Positions 24,845 through 37,036 of a DNA stretch of 64,000 nt are shown here, one piece after another. A model generated the notes under the pieces. The model saw only the letters and a program-made list of their open reading frames with translations, was not told where the DNA came from and ran no database searches. A program made the position numbers and the translations under genes. Every line of letters begins with the position of its first letter. Positions within the stretch are counted from its first letter, which is position 1. The DNA is taken from the NCBI RefSeq assembly GCF_009914755.1, contig NC_060936.1; one strand, given 5' to 3'. The stretch comes from the human T2T-CHM13v2.0 reference genome, Homo sapiens.

Positions 24845-25085
24845 TAGCTAATATTTATTAAAAGTTTATCTTATGCTTGGAAACTATTGCAGTGCTTGAC
24901 ATGTATCAATTCATTTTATTGCCTTGACCACTCTAAGAGGAAGGTATTGTTATTATCCTTATTTTACAGATGAGGAAATTGTGGAGCAAAAAGATTAATG
25001 ATGTGTTCAAGGGCACATGGTTAGGAAATAGCAGGATTTGAAGCCAGGGAGTCTGGCTCACACTCCCAGCCTCCTATGCATGCAC
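24845..25085 (-). mobile_element. MIR SINE
   Basis: TATTTTACAGATGAGGAAATTG...GGATTTGAAGCCAGG. Confidence 0.8.
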
Positions 25086-25224
25086 TGATTTTTTTCAATC
25101 AATATAAATTACTTTACTTATTACAATCTGGTTATTCTTTGGCTTTAAAACATCCATGCCAATATAAGCTAGTCATTGCATTTCTCTCCTCATGCTAGAA
25201 TTCTCGTCTGAACTTTTTGATGAC

Positions 25225-25430
25225 GTATCCAGTGTTGAGCCTAAGACTATACAGGCTTTGAAGTGCTGCCACTTGGTAGCATTGTGCAACCCCAAACAGG
25301 TACTTCAACCTCTCCAAGCCTCCGTTCTCTCACCTGAGAAATGGGAATTATAAACCTCGTAGGGTTGCTCTAGCATTAAATAAGATGAACATTAGATGCC
25401 TTGCACATAGAAAGCATTGACTAGTGTAAA
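25225..25430 (+). mobile_element. MIR SINE
   Basis: CTGCCACTT...AACCTCTCCAAGCCTCCG...CTGAGAAATGGGAAT. Confidence 0.7.
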
Positions 25431-25759
25431 CCTGTGTAACTTTTGTCACATTTGTGTCATGCTATTACTCATGCTCACATCAGCTGTTAATATGCATACA
25501 CAATATGCATTACTACTTTTATACACATCCACATCTATATTTATATTATACAACTACAGGCACTCGCCTGGAATTGTGAAATCAATCTCAGGACAGCAGG
25601 GGCAGGCTCCAATCTGAACAACCTTTCAGAAGGGAGCAGGGAAAAATCCTTGCTCAGGACACACACAGATCCCTAGACGCCCAGGCAGCCCTCTCCACTC
25701 CCCCCAACCCCCATCGTCCACCCCATCCCCCTCTCCTCCAGCATTCCAAACTGCAGAGG

Positions 25760-26350
25760 CTGACCCTGTCTCTCTTGATGATTTAAGTTTTGGAGAAGGA
25801 CCGGAGAAGGATTTGTTTTGACATTTAAAGGCAATCCAGGTAATGAATGGCAGGGGCGGCGTCCACCTCCCTGTCCATATATCTGTGCAACAGTATCTAT
25901 TTTTGACGTAGCTGACACGCCATTTCCTTTAGCAGCACAAGGGGGGCTCGTCTTTAAATTAAACTCGTCTCCGGCCCCTCCGATCTGCAGCTCGATCAGG
26001 GGCAGACACTGTTGAGGGAAGCCAGAGAGAAGGGGCAGGCCTGCTGGCGGTCAGTGATGCATGATGGAAGGAACCGGGAGGCGCGCCCTGGAAGCAGCAC
26101 TCTCTCCAAAGCACTCACTAATGACCGAGGACAGCCCCGAGTCTTCTAATCACCTTTAATGTGCACTTTAGAAGCTGACTTTAAAGCAGGCGAGATAAGC
26201 AGATCAGACAAACAGACAAAGAAAACAAAATAAAATCATATAATTGTCTCTAGGCAGCTGATTTTGGATGAGGAGGAGGCGATGCGCTGGATTAAGAATT
26301 TACTAGGGCAGAGTCGTCCAGGCTTCCGTGAGTGCTTTTGTTTCAATAAC
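25760..26350. promoter_or_regulatory. Candidate conserved developmental enhancer
   Basis: Repeat-free, CpG-retaining block with CTATTTTTGA (MEF2-like, 25897-25906), TGACGT (25904-25909), AGATAAG (26193-26199), GGATTA (26289-26294) and several TAAT cores. Confidence 0.5.
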
Positions 26351-26409
26351 TAGCAGACCCTCAATCCCCAACCCACTGCCCAGGGGGTCCCAGAATTCTG
26401 TTCCTGAGA

Positions 26410-26790
26410 GTTAACTTGGTAGAGTGGAGAGCAAACGTTAGCATGGGAGTCAGCAAAGTCCAGCTCCGCCGTCTTGCTAGCTGGGAGGCAAGTCTCTTTC
26501 TTTGCCCAAGGCTCAGTTTTCTCCTGGGTAATAAGTCCTTCATGTCCTTTGAAGGGTTATTGTGGGGATCTAAACGCAGAGGAAGAGATAGAGAGACAGA
26601 AAGACAAAAAGAGATAGGAAGGAGGAGAAGGGGGAGGTGGAGGAGGGGGAGCAGGAGAAGGAGAAAGGAGAAAAAAGGAGAGAAGAAAGAGGAGAAGGAG
26701 GAGGAAGAGAAAGAATATATGTGCAAGCGATTTATAAACTGCTGCAAAGCACTTTCCAAATGTTGCAATTATTACATAACTATGAGGAGA
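26410..26790 (+). mobile_element. MIR interrupted by a purine-rich (GGA/GAA) tract at about 26580-26715
   Basis: GCTCAGTTTTCTCCTGGGTAA core before the tract; TGCAAAGCACTT tail after it. Confidence 0.65.
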
Positions 26791-27914
26791 CATTTGGGGT
26801 CTACCTGAGGAAAAACAGTAACAATAAAAGAAGGTATTAAGCTGGCCTGTCTTTTAAGCCATGCAAACATTTCTATCCATGCTTTGCCGTTATTCTTCCC
26901 TCCAACCCTTTCTCCCTGAGGTCCTGAATCTTTGATCTTTCTCTTAAAAAATGTTTTAAATACAGTAAGGGCATCTTAGAGTTTGTGTGATCCCTTCTGA
27001 TTTAAACTTTAGCTAAAACAAAGACCTCCTGGAGAATACCATCGCCAAGTTGGCCTCTCTGATATCTGGGTAAATTTTCTTCCTGTCAGAGCAAAGAATA
27101 GTGGAGTGGGTGAATGTGTTACAGGGGAGCAGAAGATTCCAGTCTCATATACAGGCTTACCCACCTTTCATCTGCTAGCCAAGAATTCTCGCGACATGGA
27201 ATTTGGGTGGGAAACAATTGCAGCTTCTCACTGAGCCAAAGTCACCTTAGGCCTTGGCACTGATTCCTACGGGATGATGGAAAATGTGTCCCAAGAACCA
27301 GAAAGAGAAACAATGAGGAACTTCTTTCCAGAAAGCTACTGTCTACTCAAGACCTTCAGTGCAGTGGCAGAGGGAGATTGGTGATCAGTCTTCAAACTTG
27401 GTCTAGTGCAAGCGACCCACTGGGTCCCTGTGCCCCCATCTCCCAGGACCCACAGGATCCCATTGCCTCAGAAAAATGACATTTCTTTGGTCTCTGGATA
27501 GAAACAGACTAAGGGACTGAAGTGGTCCATGCCCTGTTGGTGATGGCTCCCTTTTTCATGACATCTATTCCTATCTCATGGAATTAGATACTTAGAGAAC
27601 TTGCTTTGGGAAAACACTGTTTCGGTGCCAAACTTGGCGTTGAACCCACCTCTTATCACCAATAATGACCCTGAAGGTGGCCCTGTTTAGAGATGATAAA
27701 AAGAATATCTCAGATTTGCATGATTTTTAAAGAGCCTAAAATTTGGAATATTGCTAGCTAACATGCTAAGTAACGAATTTAAGCTCATATTTATTTTTTA
27801 ATGTGATGCGAAAACATAGGATGAAGAAGTGGCTTCATCCCAGCTGCTGTGACTGTAACTTGACGGTTTGGGTTACTGAAACTCACCAATAATAAGGTCA
27901 AAATAACTCAAGGA

Positions 27915-28718
27915 ATACAACCTAAATGTCCATTAATTGATGAATGAATAAGCAAAATGGTTTATCCATACAATGGTATGTTATTCAGCCATAAGAAGAA
28001 GGAAGTACCTACATGTGCCACACTTGAATGAAACTTGAAAACATGATGCTGAGTGAAAGAAGCTGATACGGTTTGGCTCTGTGTCCCCACCCAAATCTCA
28101 TCTTGAATTGTGATCCCCATTTTTTGAAGGAGGGACCTGGTGGGATGTGATTGGATCATGGGGGTGAATTCCCCCCTTGCTGTTCTTGTGAGAGTGAGTG
28201 AGTTCTCTCAGCTGATCTGGTTGTTTGATAAGCATTCGGCACTTTCCCCTTCTGGCTCTCTCTCTCCTGCCACCACGTAAGATGTGCCTTGCTTCCCCTT
28301 TGCCTTCTTCCATGATTGTAAGTTCCCTAAGGACTCCCCAGCCATGTGAAACTTGAGTAAATTAAACCTCCTTTCTTTATAAATTACCTAGTCTCTGGCT
28401 GTATCTTTATAGCAGAGTGAGAACGAACTAATACAGAAGCCAGTTATAAAAGACCACATATTGCAAGATTCATTCATATAAAATGTCTAGAACAGGAAAT
28501 TCTATATATAGAGAAAGCAGATCCCTAATTGACAGGGCTGGGAGGGACAGGGGTTAGGGGAATCAGCTAAAGGGCACAGTGTTTCTTTTTGAATGTTCAA
28601 AAATGGACCGTGGAGATAGTTGTCTGTATCTGTAAAAATACTGAAAATCATTGAGTTGTACACTTTCAAGGAGTGAATTGTATGACGTGTGTGATTTATA
28701 TCTCAATAAATTTGTTTA
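27915..28718 (+). mobile_element. L1MB-like 3' end, interrupted by a THE1 LTR
   Basis: CAACCTAAATGTCCAT...AACATGATGCTGAGTGAAAGAAGC [LTR] CAGTTATAAAAGACCACATATTG...TATATCTCAATAAA. Confidence 0.85.
28064..28435 (+). mobile_element. THE1 (THE1D-like) MaLR solo LTR
   Basis: TGATACGGTTTGGCTCTGTGTCCCCACCCAAATCTC...GAACTAATACA; perfect 5-bp TSD GAAGC (28059-28063, 28436-28440). Confidence 0.9.
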
Positions 28719-28736
28719 AAGAAATAACTCAGAGTT

Positions 28737-29070
<334 letters not shown>

Positions 29071-29669
29071 TCACAGAATAGCATCTAAACCAAGGTTCTG
29101 TTTGATGGGAACAGCACTAGGATTCAGGTCTGGGGTTCCAGTGTTTGTGAACGACAGGAAATACCAAGAGGAAGGGATCCCGGAAGTTTAGACAAACAGA
29201 TGAAGCGGTCTGTGACTGCAAATCCTGGGGACAGAAGCTGCTGCCCACAAATATGTAGAGAATTGTGCTGTTGAAGAGAAAACAGCCTCATTCTGAGTAA
29301 TTGATGAAGTTTACTTGGGAAGTCAACTTCAGCTGAACATGTGGTTGAAGTTTTAAAAGGGAGAGTTCTTCTTGTGTGTGTGTCTTTGTTGGGGAGCAAG
29401 AACTCCCTGTCAAGGCAGCATTCATGAACAAAGTGAGGACAGTCTACCTGGAATGTTAAGAAAGCATTTCTGCACTAAGGATAGACTTTGGAATAGAAGC
29501 CTGCCGAGAACATGTCCAATTCTTAAAAGACTATGATTCCAGGAAGACTAGACCCCAAGTTCACTAGAATCTTGCTAAAGCAACATTTGCTTTGGAACAA
29601 AACTCAGGATGAGTTGGTCTGAGAAGCCTGAATTATAAAAACTATCAGAAGACCACATTGTAAGGCTTC

Positions 29670-29907
29670 TGGAGGGCTTGTCTGGAGGTTCTAGGAGGGG
29701 AGAGCTGCTACTCCTACACCCTTGGCTAAGAACAGCCCTCTTCTATCGGTAAAAGTCATCTTCTTTGACTGTGTGGGCAGCTTTGGGAGGAATGCACATT
29801 GAGTGGTGGGGGAGGAAGGGGACACTCACCTAGCCAGCCAGATCAGCCAAGTCAACCCTGGTGATCAATGGGGTGGCAGATGTTGCAGCCAGGTCGCCCT
29901 CACATCC
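29670..29907 (-). pseudogene. RN7SKP: 7SK snRNA retropseudogene, copy 1 (about 7SK nt 1-240, 3'-truncated)
   Basis: Minus strand reads GGATGTGAGGGCGACCTGGCTGCAACATCTGCCACCCCATTGATCACCAGGGTTGACTTGGCTGATCTGGCTGGCTAGG..., matching the 7SK 5' end through CTAGAACCTCCAGACAAGC; CpG decay; no clear TATA upstream. Specific pseudogene number not verifiable here. Confidence 0.92.
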
Positions 29908-29984
29908 TTGAGTTGTCATCCTTGGGGACAGTGTTTCTGTGATGACCTAAAGGGCCACCCTCGGGAGACAGTGACATACATTGG

Positions 29985-30130
29985 ATACGAGCATGACTTT
30001 GGAGTTACGGAGACCTGGGTTTGAATTCTGGCCCTGCCATTTATTCTCGGTAGGATACCGGGGCAAATTAGACTCTCGGTTTTCTCATTTACAATATCGG
30101 AGTAATTATATAGACACTATTGTGTCAGAG
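29985..30130 (+). mobile_element. MIR fragment between the two 7SK copies
   Basis: GACTTTGGAG...ACCTGGGTTTGAATTCTGGCCCTGCCATTTA. Confidence 0.75.
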
Positions 30131-30441
30131 AAGCATTACAATAAGGGCTCTTATTGACACTCCAAATTCTTTCTTTTTCTGGATCACAAAAACAAAACCA
30201 ATATGTGGTAAAAAAAAAAAAATTGTCCTCCAAAACATACATATTGAAAACCAGAAGCAAACATGCCCTGAAATTGTGCCTCTCAGATATACCTGCTATT
30301 TATCCTTTAACTTTTATATATTTTTCACATATACTTCAATGAGTTTTATTATTTTTATCATGAAAAAATACAATAAACTTGACACATTAAACATTAAAAC
30401 TTGACAACACCCTTACAACATTCTGTGTGCTCTCCTACAAG

Positions 30442-30600
30442 TCTACTATCAGTTAAAGTTGTCTTCTTTGACTGAGCGGGCAGCTTTGGAAGGAATGCCC
30501 ATTGAGTGGTGAAGGAGGAAGGGGACACCCACATAACCAGCCAGATCAGCCAAATCAACTCTGGTGATCAATGGGGTGGCAGATGTTGACTCCAACATCC
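30442..30600 (-). pseudogene. RN7SKP: 7SK retropseudogene, copy 2 (about 7SK nt 1-170 with a small deletion near the 5' end)
   Basis: GGAGGAAGGGGACACCC...CCAGCCAGATCAGCCAAATCAACTCTGGTGATCAATGGGGTGGCAGATGTTG...ACATCC aligns to copy 1 at an offset of about 703 bp. Confidence 0.9.
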
Positions 30601-30677
30601 TTTGATAAAACATAGCAGGTTAAAGGTCTAAGAGATATAGGTACTAGGAACCTTCAGATTTGGAAATCTAGTCTTTA

Positions 30678-31005
30678 TCATCACCTCCACCTCCGTCATC
30701 ACAACCACCACTGCCACCATAACTACTATCACCCCCAGACCATCATCATATCGACTACCACTACCACCACAACACAATTATCATCACTACCACTGCTTCC
30801 ATCATCCCTACCATCACCATAACCTCACCCCCACCTCACCAACACCATCATCACCATCACCGCCATCACCACAATCACCACCATCATCAGCACTAAAACC
30901 AGCCATCACTACTATCATTGTTACTGTCATCAGCACCACTATCATCATCAACACCATAATTACCACCATAATCACCACCATCACCATCACCACCATCATC
31001 ACTAC
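30678..31005. repeat. Degenerate (CAC/CAT)n trinucleotide tract embedded in a MIR
   Basis: About 330 bp of ACC/ATC triplets; MIR-like sequence on both sides (GTGCCCCTGGGCAAGCCACTTG after). Confidence 0.9.
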
Positions 31006-33429
31006 CAGTTATAAAGTGCCCCTGGGCAAGCCACTTGATCTCTCTAGATTCTATGTGTGCATCTCAGGCTTTTGTTTACCCATCTTTAATTCAGCGTTAA
31101 ATATCTACCTGACCCTACACAAAGTTTTAATAGCCCTTTCCTCTATCATTTGTATCCAGATCCCAGGAGACTTATTGGCATTCAGTTTTAAGCGTCCACA
31201 CTAGGTGAAAATGCACTACATTTTAAATTTATGTTAAAATTCTCTGTAGCCCATACATTGGGAACTTCTCTGATCCAAAGTAAGTTTTTACTGTCAAGTT
31301 CTGGGTCTCTAAGACCAGAGATCTTAGAAGATTTAAACACACAAATGCATCCAAGAAAGAGCAGGAGAAAAGCCAGCAATACAGAGAGGACTTCCTCAGC
31401 CTGGTGGTTGTGATGCCCCGTCTTGAGAGTAAACTTCCCCCAATAATCTGGGCAGTCTTTTATTTTTCTGGCCTCCATCACTGACCTGTTGCCTCATGGC
31501 AGTGCATTTCTGAGACACGATCAAGACATTCCATTGAGTTATACTACATCCAAATATCAGACGCTGCCTTTGAACCCTTCTGACAAACCACAAACTTAGG
31601 AACCAACGTTGACACAACACTCAGCGGATTCAAAACACTGAGCAGGGGAAAGGAGAGGGTGTGGGAAAAGGCTCTTTGATTAAATGTGTTTCTTTCTCTT
31701 TGTGCTCTAATGGGGTCTAAGGTACTGCCTGGCATCTTGGAAGTTCACGTGCTTGTTTTCTGAAGAAAGTCTCTGTCACATCCTCTCTCAGAAGTTTTCG
31801 GCCAAGAGCAATATTAGAGATTTGTTATTGGTTTAAATAACCCAGCATTTCCATGGATAAACATTCAAGCAAGAAAAGGAAAGCATAGAGGAGAAACTTC
31901 TCTTAAGAGAAAAAAAGGATGTGAAGAAAGTCAAGATATTAGCAGTCAATGTGTCTCATTTTCCAAAGAATTAGGCTTATCTTTTCACAGACCTTTGTCT
32001 GCTGGAATGACTGTCTAACCTCCATGCCACGTTTTTAATCCCTGCAAACTGGTTTTAGTTTTTGCCAAGATGGATGTTGGATCTGAATGAAAACCAGAGT
32101 CATTTATCTTTGCCAAGGCATTTTCTTCTTCTTCCGCAGCGGAAAGTTATGGAGATAGGTGCTTTCTCATCGGAATGTGCCCCTTCCAAAATTATCAGGC
32201 TCCTGTGGTTTGCTGATAACCAAAAAGACTCAAGCTCAGAGGTGCAGAAACTCATTGAGGATAAATGAAGAGACCATTAAAAAGAAGACATATGTCTTTG
32301 TAGCCAAAGAGGCAACCAAGAAGATATTTTCTGAATGTGGGGTAACTTCATTTGCTAAAATGGGGGTCATGAATGATTATGCACCTCCATTTTCAAAACT
32401 GGACTCAAATTCCTTTACTTGTACCTCTTCTTTAGGCCTAATGTTGGGGGGGGAACATTAGCATTCCAGGCACCTTTTCAATTAAGAATAAAGGCTACAG
32501 GGCAATTTAAAGCCAATGACTGATTTCTTCCTCTCCCCTCTGCTCACGGAGGAGCCGAATTTTCTTTGAAGCCAGGATCGGAATCTGAAGCCTGGTCAAT
32601 AAGACAGCTTAGACTGCTCAGAGAGAGCCTACTTTGGTTTGAGGTATAGGATAAATGTCTAAGGGCATTTCTGTCCTCCTCAGTGAAGCCAGGTGTGTGT
32701 TTTGTTGAGAGAAACAGCAAACAGATACAGATGCTAGCATTATACAAATACAGTGTTAGCAACCCCAACACTGCGGGACTTAGAAAGCATTTAATTCTTC
32801 TAATTCATTACCATTTATCACCTATCTCTCAGCTCAAAGAGCCTGGAGATTTGGAGTTTCTTTTAGGGATGCCAAGAATAAGCACATCACCCACTAGGGT
32901 ACCCATCTCATATTAATTATTAATAGTTACAAAACACTCCGGTTATAGGTTGTATGATATTTGGCTACACATTAAGCCATCAATCTTACTAAATTTCCTT
33001 TAACATGCAGGAAATAAAAGCCAAGAGTACCTCCTTGGAAGCCAAATGGTGCAGAAAGAGGAAATTGATGAGGGTTATGTCACTCAGTAGTGAATCTGAT
33101 TCATCAGAAGTGAAAAAAGTCATCAAAAACTTTGTTCAAAAAGCCACAGGTTATTTTGAGCAAAGTCTGTTTCTCCCCCCATATGCTGATAGATTTCCTC
33201 TCATGGTTAAAGCTACACGTTTTTTCACAGAATATTAAAGTTATCAGAATTTGGAAGATAGAAGACCCATGGCAGCAAAGGTTCTGGCCTATTTGCTAGA
33301 AGATTTCCACTGGTTTGGGGCAGCTTGCAGGGCCATTGTCCTTTTGTGTTTCTGGCTGATGGGATGGAAAGGGACAGAAAACCAACCTCGGTTCATGCGG
33401 TGTTGGTACTGCCTGGAAATATGTATTGT

Positions 33430-33448
33430 TAGTGCCCTCTAGCGGCCG
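33430..33448 (-). promoter_or_regulatory. CTCF binding motif
   Basis: Minus strand CGGCCGCTAGAGGGCACTA closely matches the CTCF core consensus; CpGs retained in a CpG-poor neighbourhood. Confidence 0.7.
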
Positions 33449-34071
33449 AGTCTTGGCTGGACATTAAAAGACATTTTTCACCATGAGCTGGGTGTTGAGT
33501 GCTTTTAAAAAGCAATTTTGCAACTTGGCTGTGGCCACTGTGCTCTGCTTGGAGTGGCTTTAGACTTCATGATGCTGGTGCTTTCATGTTAAACTGTTTC
33601 AAAGCCTCTTGTGGAAGCAAGAGCGTTTGAACTAAACTACAATTTTTGAAAATGGCAACTTGAAATATTTTTACCTCCAACGTAGACCATTCTTTGCCTG
33701 CATGCTTCCCTCTGGATTGTCTGTTCCCAAAAACAGCATCTTCATTCAATGAGTAAATGTTTTCTATTACTCAAATTTATTTGGCAAAATAGACTCGGGT
33801 AATAGAACATTTTTTTCTTCTTCATACTAATTGTGTGCCTTGCGAAGGCTCTAAAATCATTCCATTTTGACCTAGAAATTCATTTTCTAGGAGTTTTTCC
33901 TAAGGAATCACTATGAATATGAACAAGATTGAGGAACAAGCTACTTCTTAGAAGGTTATTCGTAATAAAGAAGAAAACAACCACCTAACGGGCCAACAAT
34001 ACAGACATTGATAAATTATAGTTCATCCAACTCATGGAGTAGGAGGTAGTAATTAAAAACAACATATTATG

Positions 34072-34652
34072 ATTAGAACCGGAAATACCATTTGACCCAG
34101 CAATCCCATTACTGGGTATATATCCAAAGGAATATAAATCATTCTCTTATAAATACACATGCACACCCATGTTCATTGCAGCACTATTCACGATAGCAAA
34201 GACATAGAAACACCCCAAATGGCCATCAATCAATGACAGACTGAAGAAAGAAATGTGGTACATATATACCACGGAATACTATACAGCCAGAAAAAGGAAT
34301 GAGAACATGTCCTTTGCAGGGACATAGATGAAGCTGAAAGCCATTATCCTCAGCAAACTAACGCAGGAACAGAAAATCAAACGCCACGTTCTCACTTATA
34401 AGTGGGAGCTGAACAATGAGAACACATGGACACAGGGAAGGGAACAATACATGCTGGGGACTGTCGGGGGAGGATGGGGTGGGGTGAGAGCATTAGGAAA
34501 AAGAGCTAATGCATGCTGGGCTTAACACCTAAGTGATGGGTTGATAGGTGCAGCAAACCACCATGGCGAACGTTTGCCTATGTAACAAACCCACACATCC
34601 TGAACATGTACCCCGGAACTTAAAAAATAAAATTAGATAAATAAATAAATAA
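34072..34652 (+). mobile_element. L1P (old L1PA/PB) 3' end, 5'-truncated
   Basis: ACCATTTGACCCAGCAATCCCATTACTGGG...CTCACTTATAAGTGGGAGCTGAAC...GAACTTAAAAAATAAAA. Confidence 0.9.
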
Positions 34653-34993
34653 AACGTACTATGGTTTAAGAAGATCCTTTTCAAACAGCTGGGGACACTG
34701 GTCACTCAAGTGACTTTCCCGGTGTCTCACACAAATCCTCAGTGGTGGTTATGTGGGTGTTGATTTTGCAGTAGGTCATTGAGCTACACATTTTCTGAAT
34801 ATATGTATTTATAATTTTTAAAGAATATTTTTTATAGTTTAAAAGAAGATTTAAAAAAAAAATCAAAGAGACCAGGTATTCTAATCCTTAATTTAGCTCT
34901 GTTTCCCACACTAGTCTACTCCTTGGAGGAACGAAGGCACAAAAGAGAAAAGATGGAATTATGGTCTCTGGGAACTAGATTTTAAAATTGCAT

Positions 34994-35117
34994 TTAAGAA
35001 ATACCTAATGTAGACGACGGGTTGATGGGTGCGACAAACCACCATGGCACGTGTATACCTATGTAACAAACCTGCACGTTCTGCACATGTATCCCAGAAC
35101 TTAAAGTATAATTTTAA
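34994..35117 (+). mobile_element. Severely 5'-truncated L1PA 3' terminus (about 124 bp)
   Basis: ATACCTAATGTAG...AAACCTGCACGTTCTGCACATGTATCCCAGAACTTAAAGTATAA; TSD AAAATTGCAT (34984-34993, 35118-35127). Confidence 0.9.
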
Positions 35118-35829
35118 AAAATTGCATATAGAACATCCCATTGGTGGGACTGGATTTGTTTGCAAATGGTCTTGTCAGTGGTGAAGTGGAAGAGAATGTG
35201 GAGCCCCACTCAAATGAAGTTTGCAACTTGTCAGCAGATCTGGAAAAACAATACAGTTAAAATTCTTGACTCTCTGGAGATAGGAAATTATTAATAAATT
35301 TCACGAATGCATATTTCCTTATTGCCATTACAGTTGTGAGGGATGGCTGTATCTTTTGCTGTTATTTTTAAACCCCATAGAATATTTGTAGAAAAACAAT
35401 TTATCTAAATGTATGAGGTAGTTTATAACTTCTCTACATTTCCATGTCAGAAGCAAAGAGATAAATAGTTAATTCTGAGTTACGTTTAATAAGTATTCAT
35501 TTGTATCTCTTCACCAGAGACGAGAGAAAAGCAGCTTAGTCCCAGACCTCAAGGTACCCCCGAATGGCTGGGAGGAAGTTTGACATCCTTGAAAAAAAAT
35601 AGAGAGCAACATAAGGCAAGTGAATGCGGTGTACAGTATAAGCATTATAATGCTCTAAGGAATAAAATCAAGTGTCAAGATGCATAGTTTATAGTAAGGA
35701 GATATTGCGTCAGGCTAATTCGGATATAAATCTGTATGAACATGTGATTTTAAATCTCTATGGCTCCACTTTATCTACAAAATGAGAATAATATTGCTAC
35801 TTACTATTGTAAAGATTGAATGCACATTG

Positions 35830-36715
35830 TGCTTCCATGTTTATTGCAGCACTATTCACGACCACCAAAATTTGAAGCAACTTAAGCATCTGCTAACAAA
35901 CGAATGGATAAAGAAAATGTGGTACACATACATGATGGAGTACTATTCAGCCACAAAAAAGAATGAGATCCTGTCATTTGCACCAACATGGATGGAACTG
36001 GAGATCATTATATTAAGTGAAATGAGCCAGGCACAGAAAGACAAACTTTGTGTGTTCTCACTTATTAATGTGAGTTTAACATGAAAACAACTGTACTCGT
36101 GAAGATAGCGGGTAGAATGATGGTTGCCAGAGGGTAGGAAAAGCAGTGGGGAGTGGATGGAAATTGGGGATGGTTAATGGATGTGAACATAGAGTTAGAT
36201 AGAAGGAATAAGATCTAGTATTTGATAGCACAACAGGGTGACCACAGTCAGCAATAATTTATTGTACATTTCAAAATAACTAAAAGATGGGGCCGGGGGA
36301 GGAAAAGCATCAAGAGAAATAGCTAATGGATACTGGGCTTAATACCTAGGTGATGGGTTGATCTGTGCAGAAAACCACCGTGGCACATGTTTACCTATGT
36401 AACAAACCTGCATATCCCGCACCTGTACCCTGGAACTTAAAAGTTGAAGAAAAATAAGGAACGCATTTAAACCATCTGACTGGCAAAACAACAACAACAA
36501 CTAGAAGAGTATAATTGGATTGTTTGTAACACAAGGAGAGGATAAATGCTTGAGATGATTTATACCCCATTTATCCTGAGGTGATTATTATGTATTGTAT
36601 GCCTGTATCAAACTATCTCATGTACCCCATAAATATATACACCTACTATGTACCCACAAAAGCTTTTTAAAAATAATTTAAAAATTTAATATTTTAAAAT
36701 TAAAAAAAGAAAGAA
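35830..36715 (+). mobile_element. L1MA 3' end
   Basis: GAATGGATAAAGAAAATGTGGTAC...GATAGCACAACAGGGTGAC...CTACTATGTACCCACAAA; flanked by AATGCACATTG. Confidence 0.9.
36288..36500 (+). mobile_element. Short L1P 3' end nested in the L1MA, with extra 3' sequence
   Basis: GCTAATGGATACTGGGCTTAATACCTAGGTGATGGG...GGAACTTAAAAG; TSD AACTA(A/G)AAGA. Confidence 0.85.
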
Positions 36716-36728
36716 AATGCACATTGCA

Positions 36729-37036
<308 letters not shown>

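Noticed and set aside
30814-31002. Met/Val-rich ORF (poly-His/Thr-like on the other strand)
   Set aside because: Translation of the (CAC/CAT)n simple repeat
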